DNA from: Octopus sinensis
Taxonomy: Eukaryota
DNA length: 64,000 nt
Assembly: GCF_006345805.1 (NCBI RefSeq)
Contig: NC_043000.1
Span: 154,442,001-154,506,000, forward strand
Direction: 5' to 3'
Numbering within the stretch: the first letter of the stretch is position 1; each line of letters begins with the position of its first letter. The notes beneath the pieces are model-generated. The model worked only from the letters and a program-made list of their open reading frames with translations, searched no databases and was not told the DNA's origin. Shown piece after piece: positions 1-12,898 of this stretch. Both the position numbers and the translations under genes were made by a program.

Positions 1-130
1 TCCGTCGAGGTCGACTTTGCCTTTCATCCTTTCATTGTCAATAGATTAAGTACTAGTGAAATACTGGGGTCGATATAACCGACCCATCCCCTCTCCCAAA
101 ATGTCATGCCTTGTGCCTATAGTAGAAAGG
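1..130 (+). mobile_element. SINE family A, partial (central domain + tail A2)
   Basis: GAGGTCGACTTTGCCTTTCATCCTTTC...AAGTAC core, which recurs many times in the window, e.g. ~1748-1893, 2790-3010, 13335-13525, 15520-15950, 20555-20790, 28200-28420, 30490-30710, 31160-31375, 56940-57148, 61075-61290. Confidence 0.85.
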
Positions 131-290
131 ATTATTATTACCATTATTACTTCTACTGTTTTATTTTTCCAAGCGATTGATATTGATAGTTATATCAATG
201 TTTCAAAGACTGAATACATTTGATACAATCAAGAGGACTCAGTAAGCACAATCAAACAAACTCTAATTTATAAATTGCATATATTTAGAG

Positions 291-491
291 CAGTGGTTTT
301 CAACCAGGGTTCCGCCAGTACAGTCCAGGGGTTCCGCAAGAAGTTACAAAACTGCTAAAATCGGCACTAATGTTAAAGTCTCCTGTGCAGATATGTGTGC
401 ATAAGACTTTTAAATTATTGCACAGGGGTTCCTCGAGCCAGTGGAATGTTTCCTTGGGGTTCCGCTCCAGCAAAAAGTTTGAAAAGCACTG
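291..491. mobile_element. hAT (Charlie-like) MITE, 201 bp
   Basis: TIRs CAGTGGTTTTCAA / TTGAAAAGCACTG. Perfect 8-bp TSD ATTTAGAG at 283-290 and 492-499. Inverted sister copy at 37433-37639. Confidence 0.9.
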
Positions 492-569
492 ATTTAGAGA
501 GTAACAACGCAGCCACAGAAGGAAAGCATGTAAAAATTCGTCTCGCGAAAGCATAGATTGTTCTTTATT

Positions 570-740
570 GCTTTCGGTCTCATCTGGAAGTCATCAGTAT
601 TAAACGTTAAGAGAAGTTTATTTCGTGCCGTCGCGGAATTAGTTGTGTTATACGGATCCACTGCTTGATCATTCATTTAACATCTGGAGACAAGGCTTGA
701 GCCCCACCCCACATGTTACAGGACGTTCTGATTATTTCGT
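570..740 (+). pseudogene. RTE-clade LINE ORF fragment (C-terminal of RT), decayed
   Basis: Translates IWKSSVLNVKRSLFRAVAELVVLYGSTA*, resembling the RTE motif IWKS..K.RLFRA.VES.LLYGSETW. Confidence 0.6.
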
Positions 741-1152
741 GCAAAAAAAAGCAGCCAGCCAAAGCAATCTTCTTGTAAACAGATATTTCACGAGAGAGAG
801 AAAGAGAGAGAGAGAGAGAAAGAGAGGCAGGAGAGAGATCGGGAGAGACGGAAAGAGAGAGAGAGAGGGGATAGAGAGAGGGAGAGGGAGAGAGAGAGAG
901 ACAGACAGATAGACGGACAAACAGAAGTGCATGTGTTTGCTGGAATTGCTTGAAGGTTGTGTCAGGACTTAATGATATACTCCAATTGACATTTTGACAT
1001 GCGTAAAATATGGGTCAGCCTCCAGCGAAATTCTTCATCGACCAGCTCTGTACAAACACAGGATGTTGCTCTACTGATCTCCTAACTGCCATGTAGGATC
1101 GTGATAGGTGGCATGATCGAGTTCAGCAAATCTGAGTAAGTTCAATTACAAG

Positions 1153-1735
1153 ATTATTATTATTGAGTGAGAGAGCAGTGCATGCCATCAAAGTGACACT
1201 GGGGTAAAATATACGAAGCCCAGAATACCCACCATGACTACCCGTCTGATAAGGGTACATCAGGCACATGCATCACACCCATATGTGCGTGACATGGTGA
1301 TCTCATATCAAGATAAAGAGCACATGACCTTGCAGGTAGGGCCCAGTTAGAATTTTCTTCTGGTCTAGTAGCCCATCGCGCTGAAAAGGTCCCTGAATAA
1401 GGGTTGTTTAAGGATGTTGAACGAAACATTCACGTTTCCAAAGGTGAATTATCCAAAGTTCAAAGAATCCCTCTCAACATATGGCTATGATGCTCCCTCA
1501 CTACTTCAGCTCGTGATCAGAGATGTACATATCGTCAACCACTAAGGGACATGCTCAACTGGTTATGGTCAAACTACTGACGAGCAAATCTGTGGTATTG
1601 AGCGGAATATTTGATGTAGCCCATCTTTTATACCAAGAAAAAACAATGCACATGATAAAACTTCCAATCAGTTAAGAGTAGAAGCCATGAGAGCCAGCGC
1701 CTGGTACTGCAGCAGGGCATCTGCTTGGTACTGCA
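1153..1735 (-). mobile_element. (AAT)n-tailed non-LTR retroposon, longest copy in the window
   Basis: The reverse complement of its 3' ~250 bp matches 28463-28708 and 28771-29015, and it ends in CTCTCTCACTC followed by (AAT)n. Confidence 0.75.
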
Positions 1736-2269
1736 TCAAAGATGGTAGAGAGTCCAAATCCACTGAGGTCAATTTTGCCTTTTATCCTTTCAAGGTTGAT
1801 AAAATAAGTACCAGTTGAACGCTGAGCTCGATTTAATCGATTTACCCCCAACCCCAAATCTGCTGGCCTTGTGCCAAAATTTGAAACCATTATTAAAGAT
1901 GGTAGTGTGACCTGGCAGACAAAGTTTAACAAAATAAACAGCATTTGCTTCAGCCATTAAGATTCACGAACTTTAGAAAGCTTTACATGGATATCATTTT
2001 TCGCCCCAATTACTTTACTAGTAAGGCATCCCAAACATGTCGAGTTTTCCATACAAACTAGTGGATCACCGTTGACAGTGATAAGCACAGGTTGCTTTTG
2101 AGATTTTGATGTTAAGATTTGTCCGATTTGCATAACTGATCAGCCTATCAATTTCTTAGTGTAGATGATTCCACTTTGAAGAGAAAACTACTAGATCATG
2201 CTTATCATCAAGATCTCTTAAATGGAAGGAATACATCGATTTGATGCTTCCGGGCTTATTTGATGGGAA

Positions 2270-2760
2270 AATACGACTTGTGGTGTGATTAATGATGGTA
2301 AACGTTTAATCGATTTTTGCTTCAACAGAATCATCGGATATACCTTCTTTTTTCACATGAACAGCCAAAAGCTCACATTGACGTCACCTAATGGCAGATT
2401 GGTCCATCAGATAAATCATTCTATCATCTATGAGAAATGCGACGGCTACTTATAAATGTTAGAACTGGAGCGGCGTGTTCAGTGACCACTGCATTGTTTA
2501 ACAGCTATAGTGAAGTTGAAACTTCGCAAGATAAAGAAAAGAATCAGTAAAATATCACAAACTAAAGTGTTTTAACACCAAACGACAGTTTATCCTAGAA
2601 ATCAAGAATTGCTTCCGTGCACTTGCTAGCTAAGCAACCGAGGACGATGCTCCCAGTTAACATATGAAGAAGTAGCAGCAAGTATTTTAGGCTATAAGAA
2701 GAATAAGAAAAGAAATGGTTAGCTCTTGGAACATAGCAGACAATAGAAGCAAACAAGTAC
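2270..2760 (+). pseudogene. RTE-clade LINE apurinic-endonuclease domain fragment, decayed
   Basis: Translates CGVINDGKRLIDFCFNRIIGYTFFFHMNSQKLTLTSPNGRLVHQINH, then SDH-like and IVKLKLRKIK segments with stops and frameshifts. Confidence 0.8.
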
Positions 2761-3773
2761 ATCTCCGATTTCTAATATTACTCTCATTTAAAGCGGTGAA
2801 CTGGCAGAATTGTAACCACATTGGGCAAAATGCTTAGCAAGATTTTGTCTGCCTTTACGTTCTGAGTTCAAATTCTGCCGAGACCGGCTTTGCCTTTCAT
2901 CCCAAAGGGGCCGATAAAATAAGTGCCAGTTGAGCATCGGGATCGATGTAATCAATTTACCATCTCCTGAGAAATTGCTGGCCTTGTACCAAAATTTGAA
3001 ACCGGTATTACTCTAATTCAAAATTCTTTTCTGTTGAATTCGTAAGCCGACAAATTGCCAAATCTACGCCATTTGCTAATTTGTTTTGGGTATTGATTTG
3101 GTATATAAACAGTCTGAATGAAAAAGTAAGAGAGGAGCTGAAGCTGCACCAAAACCGAGTGACATGTTAGGTCGAAATCGAGGCCCATCGTCTGCCAGGT
3201 TCACACTTTCAAGTATGATAAAAAAACGTTAATTTATTATTAGTATTGTCATAGTATTGAATCAAAATTTCCGGATTCATTTGCATCACACTGCAGCCAG
3301 TAAAAAATGGCTTTTGTTTTCTAACGTAACATAAGTATTTTTATTCCAGTTGCAACATAATCACTTCTTCAAGTAAATCATATCAATCAATCACTGAATC
3401 TACATGTATCGATTTGTTGTTGCTAGCAAGGATGCTAGATGTGTGTTTTTTTTCCTTGTTAGTATAACATTAGGTGTGACTATATTGGAGATGGCGTTAA
3501 TGCTGGTTATGGTAGAGTTGTTAAATGTTACTTACTGGCGATGTCTGTATCTGCCTTTGTGTGAGTGTCACTAGGAGACTAAACGTCTGGGTGGTAGGAT
3601 TTCGCTCGCTGATCGTAGACGTATGAGTGAAATATGAGAGTTTCATTGAAGTCTGGTAGTGGGTGCATAGTTCAGGTTAACAGAATAGTTTTCTCAAGAA
3701 AGAAAATGGGAGGGAGAGTCAGTCTTTCATTAATATAAGTAGATACACAGAGGAAAGAGTTAACATAAACGCG

Positions 3774-3887
<114 letters not shown>

Positions 3888-4542
3888 CAACATTACAAAA
3901 ATAGCCCGCAAAAGATATTCTCAGAGACAGTTCCTTTTTCTTTCACAAATAAAAGAAGGCAAGTATTTTCTGAAAACGACCAGTGATGCGATGTAAAGAA
4001 AGCATTTTACGTATATTTTCATGACGTGTTGTGAAGATTGCATACGGAAAAAAAAATGGTGGAGTTTCACTGTATCCGTAAACGAATGACTAACTGGCAG
4101 TCTGCACATTTTTTTCACGCCGCCTTAACTCGCCTGTGATAATTAAGGGAGGTCGGTGGGGACTCATGTATACATCATCACATATTCATATACGCCCACA
4201 CGCTCTCATCTATGCACGTACGCGCGTATATTCACGCATGCACACTCACGTGTATGTATGTATATTGTCAAGGCAAAAAGGAGAAGCATCGTTTTTGATT
4301 TTGTAATTTTTCACGCGGAAAAATCGAACAGTAATCAGCTATATATTTTACCTATCACAAAGTAACCAGTACTTACATCTGCAACTGGTAATTTCACTGT
4401 TCAAAGCTTATTTCATGGCTAGGCATTTCTCTATTCTAAGTGCAAACCTTCATCCAAACATTTTTATCGCCAGACATTATCGAACACTGTCACAGAATAT
4501 TGAGGTTTCTTCCGAATTTCAAGGGTGCATACGTACGTGCGT

Positions 4543-4552
4543 ACACACACAC

Positions 4553-4585
<33 letters not shown>

Positions 4586-4846
4586 TGCACACACATACAC
4601 ACACATGCACACACAAAGAAACACACATACACACGCACACAAACATACACACACACACACATACGCACGCGCGCACACACACACACTCACACACATGCAC
4701 ACACACACATGCACACACACATACATGCACACACATACAGACACACACATGCACACATGCACACACAAAGAAACACACATACACATGCACACAAACATAC
4801 ACACTCACACACACACTCACACACACACACGCACTCACGCGCATAC
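4543..4846. repeat. Compound CA-rich microsatellite with higher-order duplication
   Basis: Interrupted CA run. The block CACACAAAGAAACACACATACAC..GCACAC AAACATACAC occurs twice (~4610 and ~4763). Source of several spurious HT/CV ORFs. Confidence 0.95.
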
Positions 4847-5412
4847 ACTCGAGGAATTTGCAGAGTCATTAGAGCGTCGGAGAGAATGCTTCGCGGTATT
4901 TGTCCCGACTCGCTGTGTTCTGAGTTCAAATTCCGACGAGGTCAACTTTATCTTTCCTCCTTTCGGGGTCAATAAAAAAAATGCCAATTCAGTACAATGA
5001 AAGCCGGGGTACCTGGTGTTATTTATTCCATCTCCTTGCATTCTTAGTTCAAAACCCACTCTTAACCTAACAGACTTGCGGTGTCCCAGCATGACCGCAG
5101 TCTAATGACTCAAACAACCAAAAGAAGATAAAATAAGATATAAATAAATAAATAAATAAATAAATAAAATACACTAATTCAGAGATTACTTCAGAGCTCT
5201 ATAATCGTCTCGTTATTTCATTGAGGAGACTGATCAGTTGTTGATTTGTATTTTGATCAATATAAAATTGTTTAATATTCAGGACATTTTTTTTATCTGG
5301 GTCATGCACTGACATGAAATTGAAGTTTATTCTAGTTTCATAAATTTAAATATAGCAAAATCTTCTTAAGATATAAATTTGCAATCGAGTGAATTGCATT
5401 ATCTACAGTTGG

Positions 5413-6271
5413 ATATTGGGTGCTACTTTGGCGTGTGATCTACAATTTAAAGGGAGATTACTTTACGTTACTTTTTTGTTTACTTTTCAATTTCTATACT
5501 TTTTTTTAATAAATTCTTTTGTACATACTCAGCATTGTAAATGTATTTTTTCAAACTTATTTTAGTTATAGTAAAACCACGTTTCCATTATGTCTTAGTA
5601 AATAATAATAAGTGGAGACACATGGCCTAGTGGTTGGAGCAGCGGACTCGTGGTCGAGGGATTGCAGGTTCGAATCTCAGACCGGGTGATGTGTGTGTTT
5701 ATGAGCGAAACACCTAAGCTCCACGAGGCTCCAGCAGAAGGTAATGGCGAACTTCTGCTGACTCTTTCGCCACAACTTTCTCTCGCTCTTTCCTCCTGCA
5801 TCTTGCAGCTCACCTGTGACGAACCGGCGTCCCGTCCAGGTGGGGAACCTATACGCCAAGGAAACCGGGAAACCGGCCCTTATGAGCCAGGCATGGCCTG
5901 AGAAGGAACAAACAAATAATAAGAGACCAAGTATAAACAATATGATAATTAAAATGAGTACGTAGGTCACACACGTTTGACAGCCGCAAGTTTTGCAACG
6001 TAGAGTTAACAAAATTTCACCATTTCCCCCCTTCTCTTCGAGCTTCCTTTATTTCCCCACTTCAACAATAACATGGTGCAACATTTTCTTCATCATCTAA
6101 AAGGCCATTTTGTCGTAAAAATGCAACTGCTTTCGTGTCGTCGCTGATCAAATTGTAAAAACCTTTAGTCAAAATCATAAGGGGTTTTAGAAATTGAGAA
6201 GTAAACTAAAAAGTAACCCAAAGCAATCGCCCTTTAAATTGTAGATCACACGCCAAAGTAGCACCGAATAT
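5413..6271. mobile_element. Non-autonomous DNA transposon with ~45-bp TIRs, interrupted by a SINE
   Basis: Left ATATTGGGTGCTACTTTGGCGTGTGATCTACAATTTAAAGGG is inverted against right CCCTTTAAATTGTAGATCACACGCCAAAGTAGCACCGAATAT. Related pieces lie at ~17875-18310. Superfamily not assigned. Confidence 0.7.
5612..5915 (+). mobile_element. SINE family B head with alternative tail B2
   Basis: tRNA-like head TGGCCTAGTGGTT...GGTTCGAATC. Tail CCTGTGACGAACCGGCGTCCCGTCCAGG...GAAACCGGGAAACCGG is also seen at 33355-33650 and 38279-38530. Confidence 0.85.
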
Positions 6272-6629
6272 TGTTACCTCACAATAAATTTAGAGAAGGA
6301 AACTGAAAAAAAAAATCCCTCCGATGTAACTTGTCATGCTACCGTCATACAAATAGGTGAACTTCGTGTGTACACTGCTCTTCCTAGTTGAGTATCTTTT
6401 CTCTTTTTTATCGATCCTATGTATGGTAAATTTTCCTCTATATTTCCCATAAACATATTAATTCACTCTGCCGCCAAGTGCTAAAGAGCATATGCATGTG
6501 ACGCAGTATTAGTAATAAGCTATCGACTCTGTTGTACGAGAAACAAGGGAAAAAATGATTGTCTGTGTCGGTAAGCAGTAAGTATAAAAAGTTTGTGGTG
6601 TGGAATAAACTATTTAATCATAAAGAAGG

Positions 6630-6660
6630 CTAACGTTTCGAATAGGTTCCTTCGTTGGAG
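6630..6660 (-). other. Degenerate PLE-type minimal hammerhead motif
   Basis: Minus strand CT-CCAACGAAG-GAA CCTA TTC-GAAACGTT-AG. Core is mutated and stem I is weak. Confidence 0.35.
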
Positions 6661-7253
6661 AAGGATGAAATGTTCATTGACAATGCCGCAATTTCGATTC
6701 CGAAGTACTTCATTTACTTTTCGTACTGTGAGTTATGACAGTAGCAAATAGCCTCGCAAAGAATGGTTTTATCAGTTTGATTTGACCTTGACCTTACTAA
6801 TGGAAGCGAAAACTTTAGTGGTGATCCAATAAAGATAACATGAAGGAGATAACACTTTGAAATATTACAATTCTCATCTATTTCCTCTTGTTGCAGATCA
6901 TAGCCAATCCACGGATCTTACTCCTGCTCGACCTGTCCAGCCACAGTGCTTATGTCTGCTTGTCCCATCCAGTCACATCAAGAATCTAACGCCCATTTAT
7001 CTCCCTTGCTTTGCGGATGTCACTCTTGTTCGTCCCGTCCCGCTGCATCCCTGATTTCGTACTTACCGAGCCCGGTCTGACTGACCGCATTATGGATCCT
7101 TACTTCCACCCGGCCTCCCTTGCTCACTCGTTACAAATCTAGTGTTTTTTTTTAAATTACCCCCGCATCATAGATCTCTAGCTTCATGTCTCGTTGAGGA
7201 ATACGTGATAATCTATTTTCCGTTTTCAAATAACAGCAACAACAACACATAAC

Positions 7254-7505
7254 ACATCATCATTATCATTGTTCGACCGTGGTCGAGACAATGGAATTTA
7301 CCATGCTACGCCAGACTTCACGGTCCATCATGGCATTACGGAGGTTCTGTTGCTGGATGCCTGTATCCCTGGAGATTACATCAGGGTAGGAGAGTGTGCG
7401 CCCTCTGCTATTGCGAGTAGATGGCTTCCAGAGGAGAAGAGTAGAAATTACCTCTTTTTCAGCTCTACAACAATGTCCAGCAAACTGGACTCTCCTACCT
7501 TTCAC
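7254..7505 (-). pseudogene. RTE-clade LINE 3' end with (TGA)n-like tail
   Basis: ORF 7266-7505 RRVQFAGHCCRAEKEVISTLLLWKP...RGR...YPDVISRDTG...MMDREVWR is a typical RTE C-terminus. CATCAT repeat at the 3' end. Confidence 0.85.
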
Positions 7506-7511
7506 AAGAGA

Positions 7512-7651
<140 letters not shown>

Positions 7652-8087
7652 AGCTCTGTAGCTGACATATTTTCTTACATTAAATCTTTTTTTGCAAAAC
7701 GTTCCTATTTTATTCATAGTTTCCCCACCTCTTACTCTTTTCTTTCCGATAACTTGGATGAAGCATTAACTATTATCGATATTATTATTATTATTATTGT
7801 ACCTACTCATTCCCCTTTCCACACTATCGTTCGATACTTTATTATTTCCTTCTTTTCTTCTCCCTCGTTCCATTTCCCTGCTTTGTCGGCTCTTGTTCCA
7901 ACCTCTCCATTCTCGTTCCCTATTTCCCACATTCTGTTTTCCCACACTCTTGTTCATTATTGTTCTATTTTGCCATACTATTTCTTTTTCTCTGTCGCCC
8001 TTATTCTACTCACTTGTTCGCTGCCCATTACCTTTCTATGGTGAGAACTACCTGCCTGTCTGTCTATCTGTTTATCTATATTTATGT

Positions 8088-8118
<31 letters not shown>

Positions 8119-8336
8119 CCACACACACATATACACTCATGCACACTCTATCTTTCAAACTCTCCCCCTCTGGTTCAATATTTGTTCTTTCACACTCTTT
8201 CACTTAGTATTTTCTCTCTCCTCTTCAATGTTTCATATCATACTTTATTCACCACTATCATTAATTAGCCCTTCAACCAAGAGTAAATAACATCATTTTC
8301 AGAGTTATTCTCTTTTGTCAGATACAAGATTAATCG

Positions 8337-8405
<69 letters not shown>

Positions 8406-10034
8406 TGTGATATTTCTATTAATGATATCTACAGATCATGCAAAAGTTCCCCCCGAAAAACTTTGTGTATGCTTGCTATGGTTTCTGCAAACACACAAGG
8501 CTTGTGTGTGTGTGTGTGTGTTATCAACGCAAACCAAAACAAATATTGATCTTATCAAGCAAAAACACACATAACTCGTGTGTAAATATTGATTACTGAC
8601 TTAGGCACAGGGCCCAAAAATTACAAGGGAGTGACTTGAGACTTAGCCATTTATGTGCTTTTATTAAGTCATTATCAGCGTAAATTGACTTCAACTAAGA
8701 AACGAATCTGGCATGAGGATTTCGTTCCATTCAGTTTATCTCTTGTCTCCAAGTTGCTTCGGCATCCAATTATATATATTTTTTTCAGATGAAATTATTA
8801 TTGTTTATCCATGTCAGCTCTGATCCAACAGAACTTTAATCAAAGGAAGACGTATATGAAGTGGTCATCTATTTTTTATCATATTTTTTTCTAACAGTTG
8901 AAGTGGATCTCGCATGCATGAAGTGGATTCGATACACCACAGCCAAATGTAAATTAACACTGCAACAGAACTTTTCACACGGTGGAACAATGGTTTTTCT
9001 CTGATGCCTTTAGCTAGGCCGAAATAATGTCTTCACCACTTGACCCTTTCTAACCTCTTCTACTTCACCAAAAGCTAGGATAGAGATAACAAGACCACCA
9101 ACTAAATCTATTGTTCTCAATGATATGTCTATCCTTCTGGATAGTTATAAAAGCAAAACACCCCAAGCAAAAATCAGTCGGTGACGACTCAGCCAGGTAG
9201 TCACTCCGGTGACAACGAAGTCTGGTTGACCAGCTAGAACCTTGGTCAGAGGGAGAAATGAAGTTCACTGTCAGCAACTGTGAGACAACGTCCCACACCC
9301 TACAACTCTCACTAGCTCTAATTCTGTTCTCTTACAACATCATTCTATCTCTCTCTGTATGTACTACTAAACAATGAAGAGGACACAAACTTTACTTCGC
9401 ATGCTTTTGGATTTATCATAACCTGCCCGTCGAGGCATGGTATTGTAACGTAACGGTAAATAAATATTTCCTTAACACTTCATGCATTGTCCATCTTTCA
9501 CATCCTACAGTATGCAATTATAACAACAAATTTTTATCGTCACAACTGCTGACTCCGACATTTCATAATATTATTTATATATCAATTTCTCCCGTTACAC
9601 AGTATATCTAGGACTACTTTATCCATTATGTTCCTCCATTTGTAATGAGGGTGTGATTCCAGTGAATTTTCTGGCAGATCGAATAACCATATACAGGCTC
9701 ATTTGTTGTTACAAGAAATTATGTTTTTTTTAAATCAGTTTGTATAGGGCAATTTTCGAAACCATTTAAAGGCTGAAAGACTAGCATTGCTGAGTGGTAT
9801 CGGGGTATTTGTTTAGCGTGATTTGTTTTAGGCTTATTGAATGATAGAACAGAATAAGCAGGGAAGCAAAGAAGCAGCCGTAGGCGAAGTATATGAGTGA
9901 TTTATATACATCACCTCTAAGATATTGGCCAAATATATGAGACGCGCACATTTACACCTTAGAAAGGCATTCAATCACCCATATATACTCCTCAAAGGTA
10001 AATTTCCAGCGTAGATCCTTTCCCCACATTTTAA

Positions 10035-10368
10035 ACCTTATGATGCAGTAGCCTATGGTTCAAAGGCCCACAGCTCTTCATTGCTCTGCCTCAAAAATTA
10101 AGAAATTTGCATAAGGTGGAAGTAGGTGTCTTCAAAAAGGGAACTAGACGTCCTCCTCTCGACAATACCGGATGAACCAACAGCTCGACGTGGGGTACAG
10201 ACGAGGGCAGCGGAATCAAACTCCTTCATACGCCAAATGGGCCAACAGCTAGGACAAAAACACATACAAGAGTGGTGCTGTGAAACACCCCAGACTGAGG
10301 AAATCAGCAAGACCACGGCGGTTCTCCAGCATGACCGCAGTGGCAAAGCTGAAATGAGTAAAAGAGTA
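10035..10368 (+). pseudogene. CR1/L2-type LINE 3' end
   Basis: Translates SSLWFKGPQLFIALPQKLRNLHKVEVGVFKK, then after a frameshift RELDVLLSTIPDEPT...RAAESNS, like CR1-type C-termini. Followed by a 3' UTR and a (TATG)n run. Confidence 0.8.
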
Positions 10369-10620
10369 TGTATGTATGTATGTATGTATGTATGTATGTA
10401 TGTATGTATGTATGTATGTATGTATGTATGCATGTATGTATGCATGCATGTATGTATGTATGTATGCATGTATGTATGCATGTATGCATTTATGTATGTA
10501 TGCATGTATGTATGTGTGCATGCATGCATGCTGTATGTATGTATGTATGTATGTATTATGTATGTATGTATGTATGTATGTATGTATGTATTATATGTAT
10601 GTACGAATGTATGTGTATGT
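10367..10620. repeat. (TATG)n microsatellite
   Basis: Long TATG/CATG run directly after the LINE tail. Confidence 0.97.
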
Positions 10621-10832
10621 GTGCGCGCGCATATGTGTTTATACACTTTAGTGTTTGCATCTCACCGCTTAACAACCGGTGTTAGTTTGTTTACATCCTC
10701 GTCGCTTGACTGTCTGGCAAAAAAGACTAATTGAATGAGCCAAACTTAGAAAGTACTTGATTTGATGACTGAAACCAGTAAAAGAGAGTGTCTGCGTTTG
10801 TGCGTATATATGTGCATCTGTACACACACACA

Positions 10833-10863
<31 letters not shown>

Positions 10864-11471
10864 CACATACACTCACACGCACACGTACATGCACACACAC
10901 GTACATGCACACACACACACACATGATACTTATCTAAACAGTGAACGAATATGACCATCGTAGACGTATAGAAAATATTGTCACCAATGCCCAAGCAAAA
11001 TTTAAGTTGAGAACAGATTATACAACACTGCAACGACTCTCATTACCAACGCCAAAGAAGTGAAAGACAAGGTAAAGCATGTTATCCGTTTCATCCATGT
11101 TTAAAAGTTGTTTTTATTATTGTAGTAACCTTCTCCAAGTGACTAGCAGTAACCAAATTTAAGGACTTCCTCGCTTGCAGTTGTCTTATAGTGCTTTAGA
11201 CATTCACACAGAATGTCTAAATTTTCGAACTATAGCTTGATATCGACGCTGGACTCATTTGCCCATTTGTCAGATATTGTTTTGACCCTGTTATCCTGCT
11301 GGGTTTGATATATCACTGCAACTGATTAGATTTTTATAAACTCAGTTTGTTTGCAGGGGGTGCTTCAATATTTACAATATTTATATTTATTCTGGTATAG
11401 TTATGCTTCAAACTTTTTGTTTGACCGTTTTCATACGCATGATAAAAACAATTTTTTGCTTTCCTTTCCAG

Positions 11472-11531
11472 ATTGCGGATCACAGTTCAAGTGATTTCTA
11501 AATCGTTCGTTTCCCTCAATAGAGATGAGGA
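11472..11531 (+). other. Candidate 60-nt spliced exon (unverified)
   Basis: Acceptor TTGCTTTCCTTTCCAG and donor GA|GTGAGT. One open frame (LRITVQVISKSFVSLNRDE). No recognised homology. Confidence 0.25.
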
Positions 11532-11614
11532 GTGAGTAAAGCTTGTTACCTACATTTATATTTTACTATAACGCAGCATCACATGTATAAATAAGAAGTC
11601 ATATTCTTTTGATG

Positions 11615-12004
11615 GTGGAGGCGCAATGGCCTAGTGGTTAGGGCAGCGGACTCGCGGTCATAGGATCGTGGTTTCGATTCCCAGACCGGGCGTTGTGAGT
11701 GTTTATTGAGCGAAAACACCTAAAGCTCCACGAGGCTCCGACAGGGGATGGTGGTGATCCCTGCTGTACTCTTTCACCACAACTTTCTCTCACTCTTACT
11801 TCCTGTTTCTGTTGTACCTGTATTTCAAAGGGCCGGCCTTGTCACTCTCTGTGTCACGCTGAATATCCCCGAGAACTACGTTAAGGGTACACGTGTCTGT
11901 GGAGTGCTCAGCCACTTACACGTTAATTTCACGAGCAGGCTGTTCCGTTGATTCGGATCAACCGGAACCCTCGTCGTCGTAACCGACGGAGTGCTTCCAT
12001 CCAT
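11615..12004 (+). mobile_element. SINE family B (tail B1), full length, young
   Basis: tRNA-like head with A/B boxes (TGGCCTAGTGGTTAGG...GGTTTCGATTCC), (TCCA)n tail and a TSD-like TTCTTTTGATG. Near-identical to four other copies. Confidence 0.95.
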
Positions 12005-12632
12005 TCTTTTGATGACTCAGAGAAATACTTTTATGGCTGGTTTATTCAAAATCAGAAGTTTGAGGAGAATTAACTTCTTATTGATCTTATGGTTTATAAC
12101 GACTCATATTGACTATTGTCTTAAGATTGAAGCATCAGAGAAAACGCCAAGATTAAACGACATATTTGAGACGCCACAGTAGTTGCCTAATCACAGACCA
12201 GAAACTTTTAAATCGATATCGATTTCATACTAGATAGTTCATTGGTGAAAAGTGAGTGTAAATTTCGCACAAGGAGCCAAGCATAAACTACGCCAGTAAC
12301 AATATGATCAAAATATTTATTATGAATGTCTTCGGGATGGGTGGTTAACTAATCCAAGATTAGCAGTCTTAACCGTTGTTATTTATTGGTTAGAATGTAT
12401 ATTAAAAGCGTTTAGTGACTAGAATGTATTTATAATCTTCAAAGAATTATTACCAAGCATAAGAAGCATTGTCATTGAAAGACATTTTGCATTTTGATTC
12501 AATATAATGTAACAGCTAAATAGTAATAAAAATCTCCCTTAAAAATGTCACATCTTTGAATGATATAAGCTCAAAAGCTGCGAGCTCAAAGATTCAGGAG
12601 CCCTGGTAGCAAGAGTAGCAGAAACAACAGCC

Positions 12633-12858
12633 GTTCAAGAATTTGGACCTGGAGATCTCCATTTCCAGCGATTTCGAGCGCCACCTCCCAGTGGTGTCGG
12701 ACGTCGACGAAGAGCCCTCGACTACAACAAGACGATCAAAGTTTTTTTTTTTCCTTTTCCAAGGTCTGGGGTCTCTTGTCCCTAAGCCCTAGACCATCAC
12801 CTAATCACCGTTACCCGTCTTGTTGCTTAACAACAAAAACAACAACAACAACAACAAC

Positions 12859-12898
<40 letters not shown>

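Noticed and set aside
11615-11700. tRNA-like sequences with A/B boxes
   Set aside because: These are SINE heads: they continue into SINE bodies with tails and TSDs, and I found no complete cloverleaf.
11699-11951. Recurrent 61-83 aa ORFs (MFIERKHLK..., MVVIPAVLF...) found five times
   Set aside because: They lie within SINE B1 copies, so this is not a gene family.
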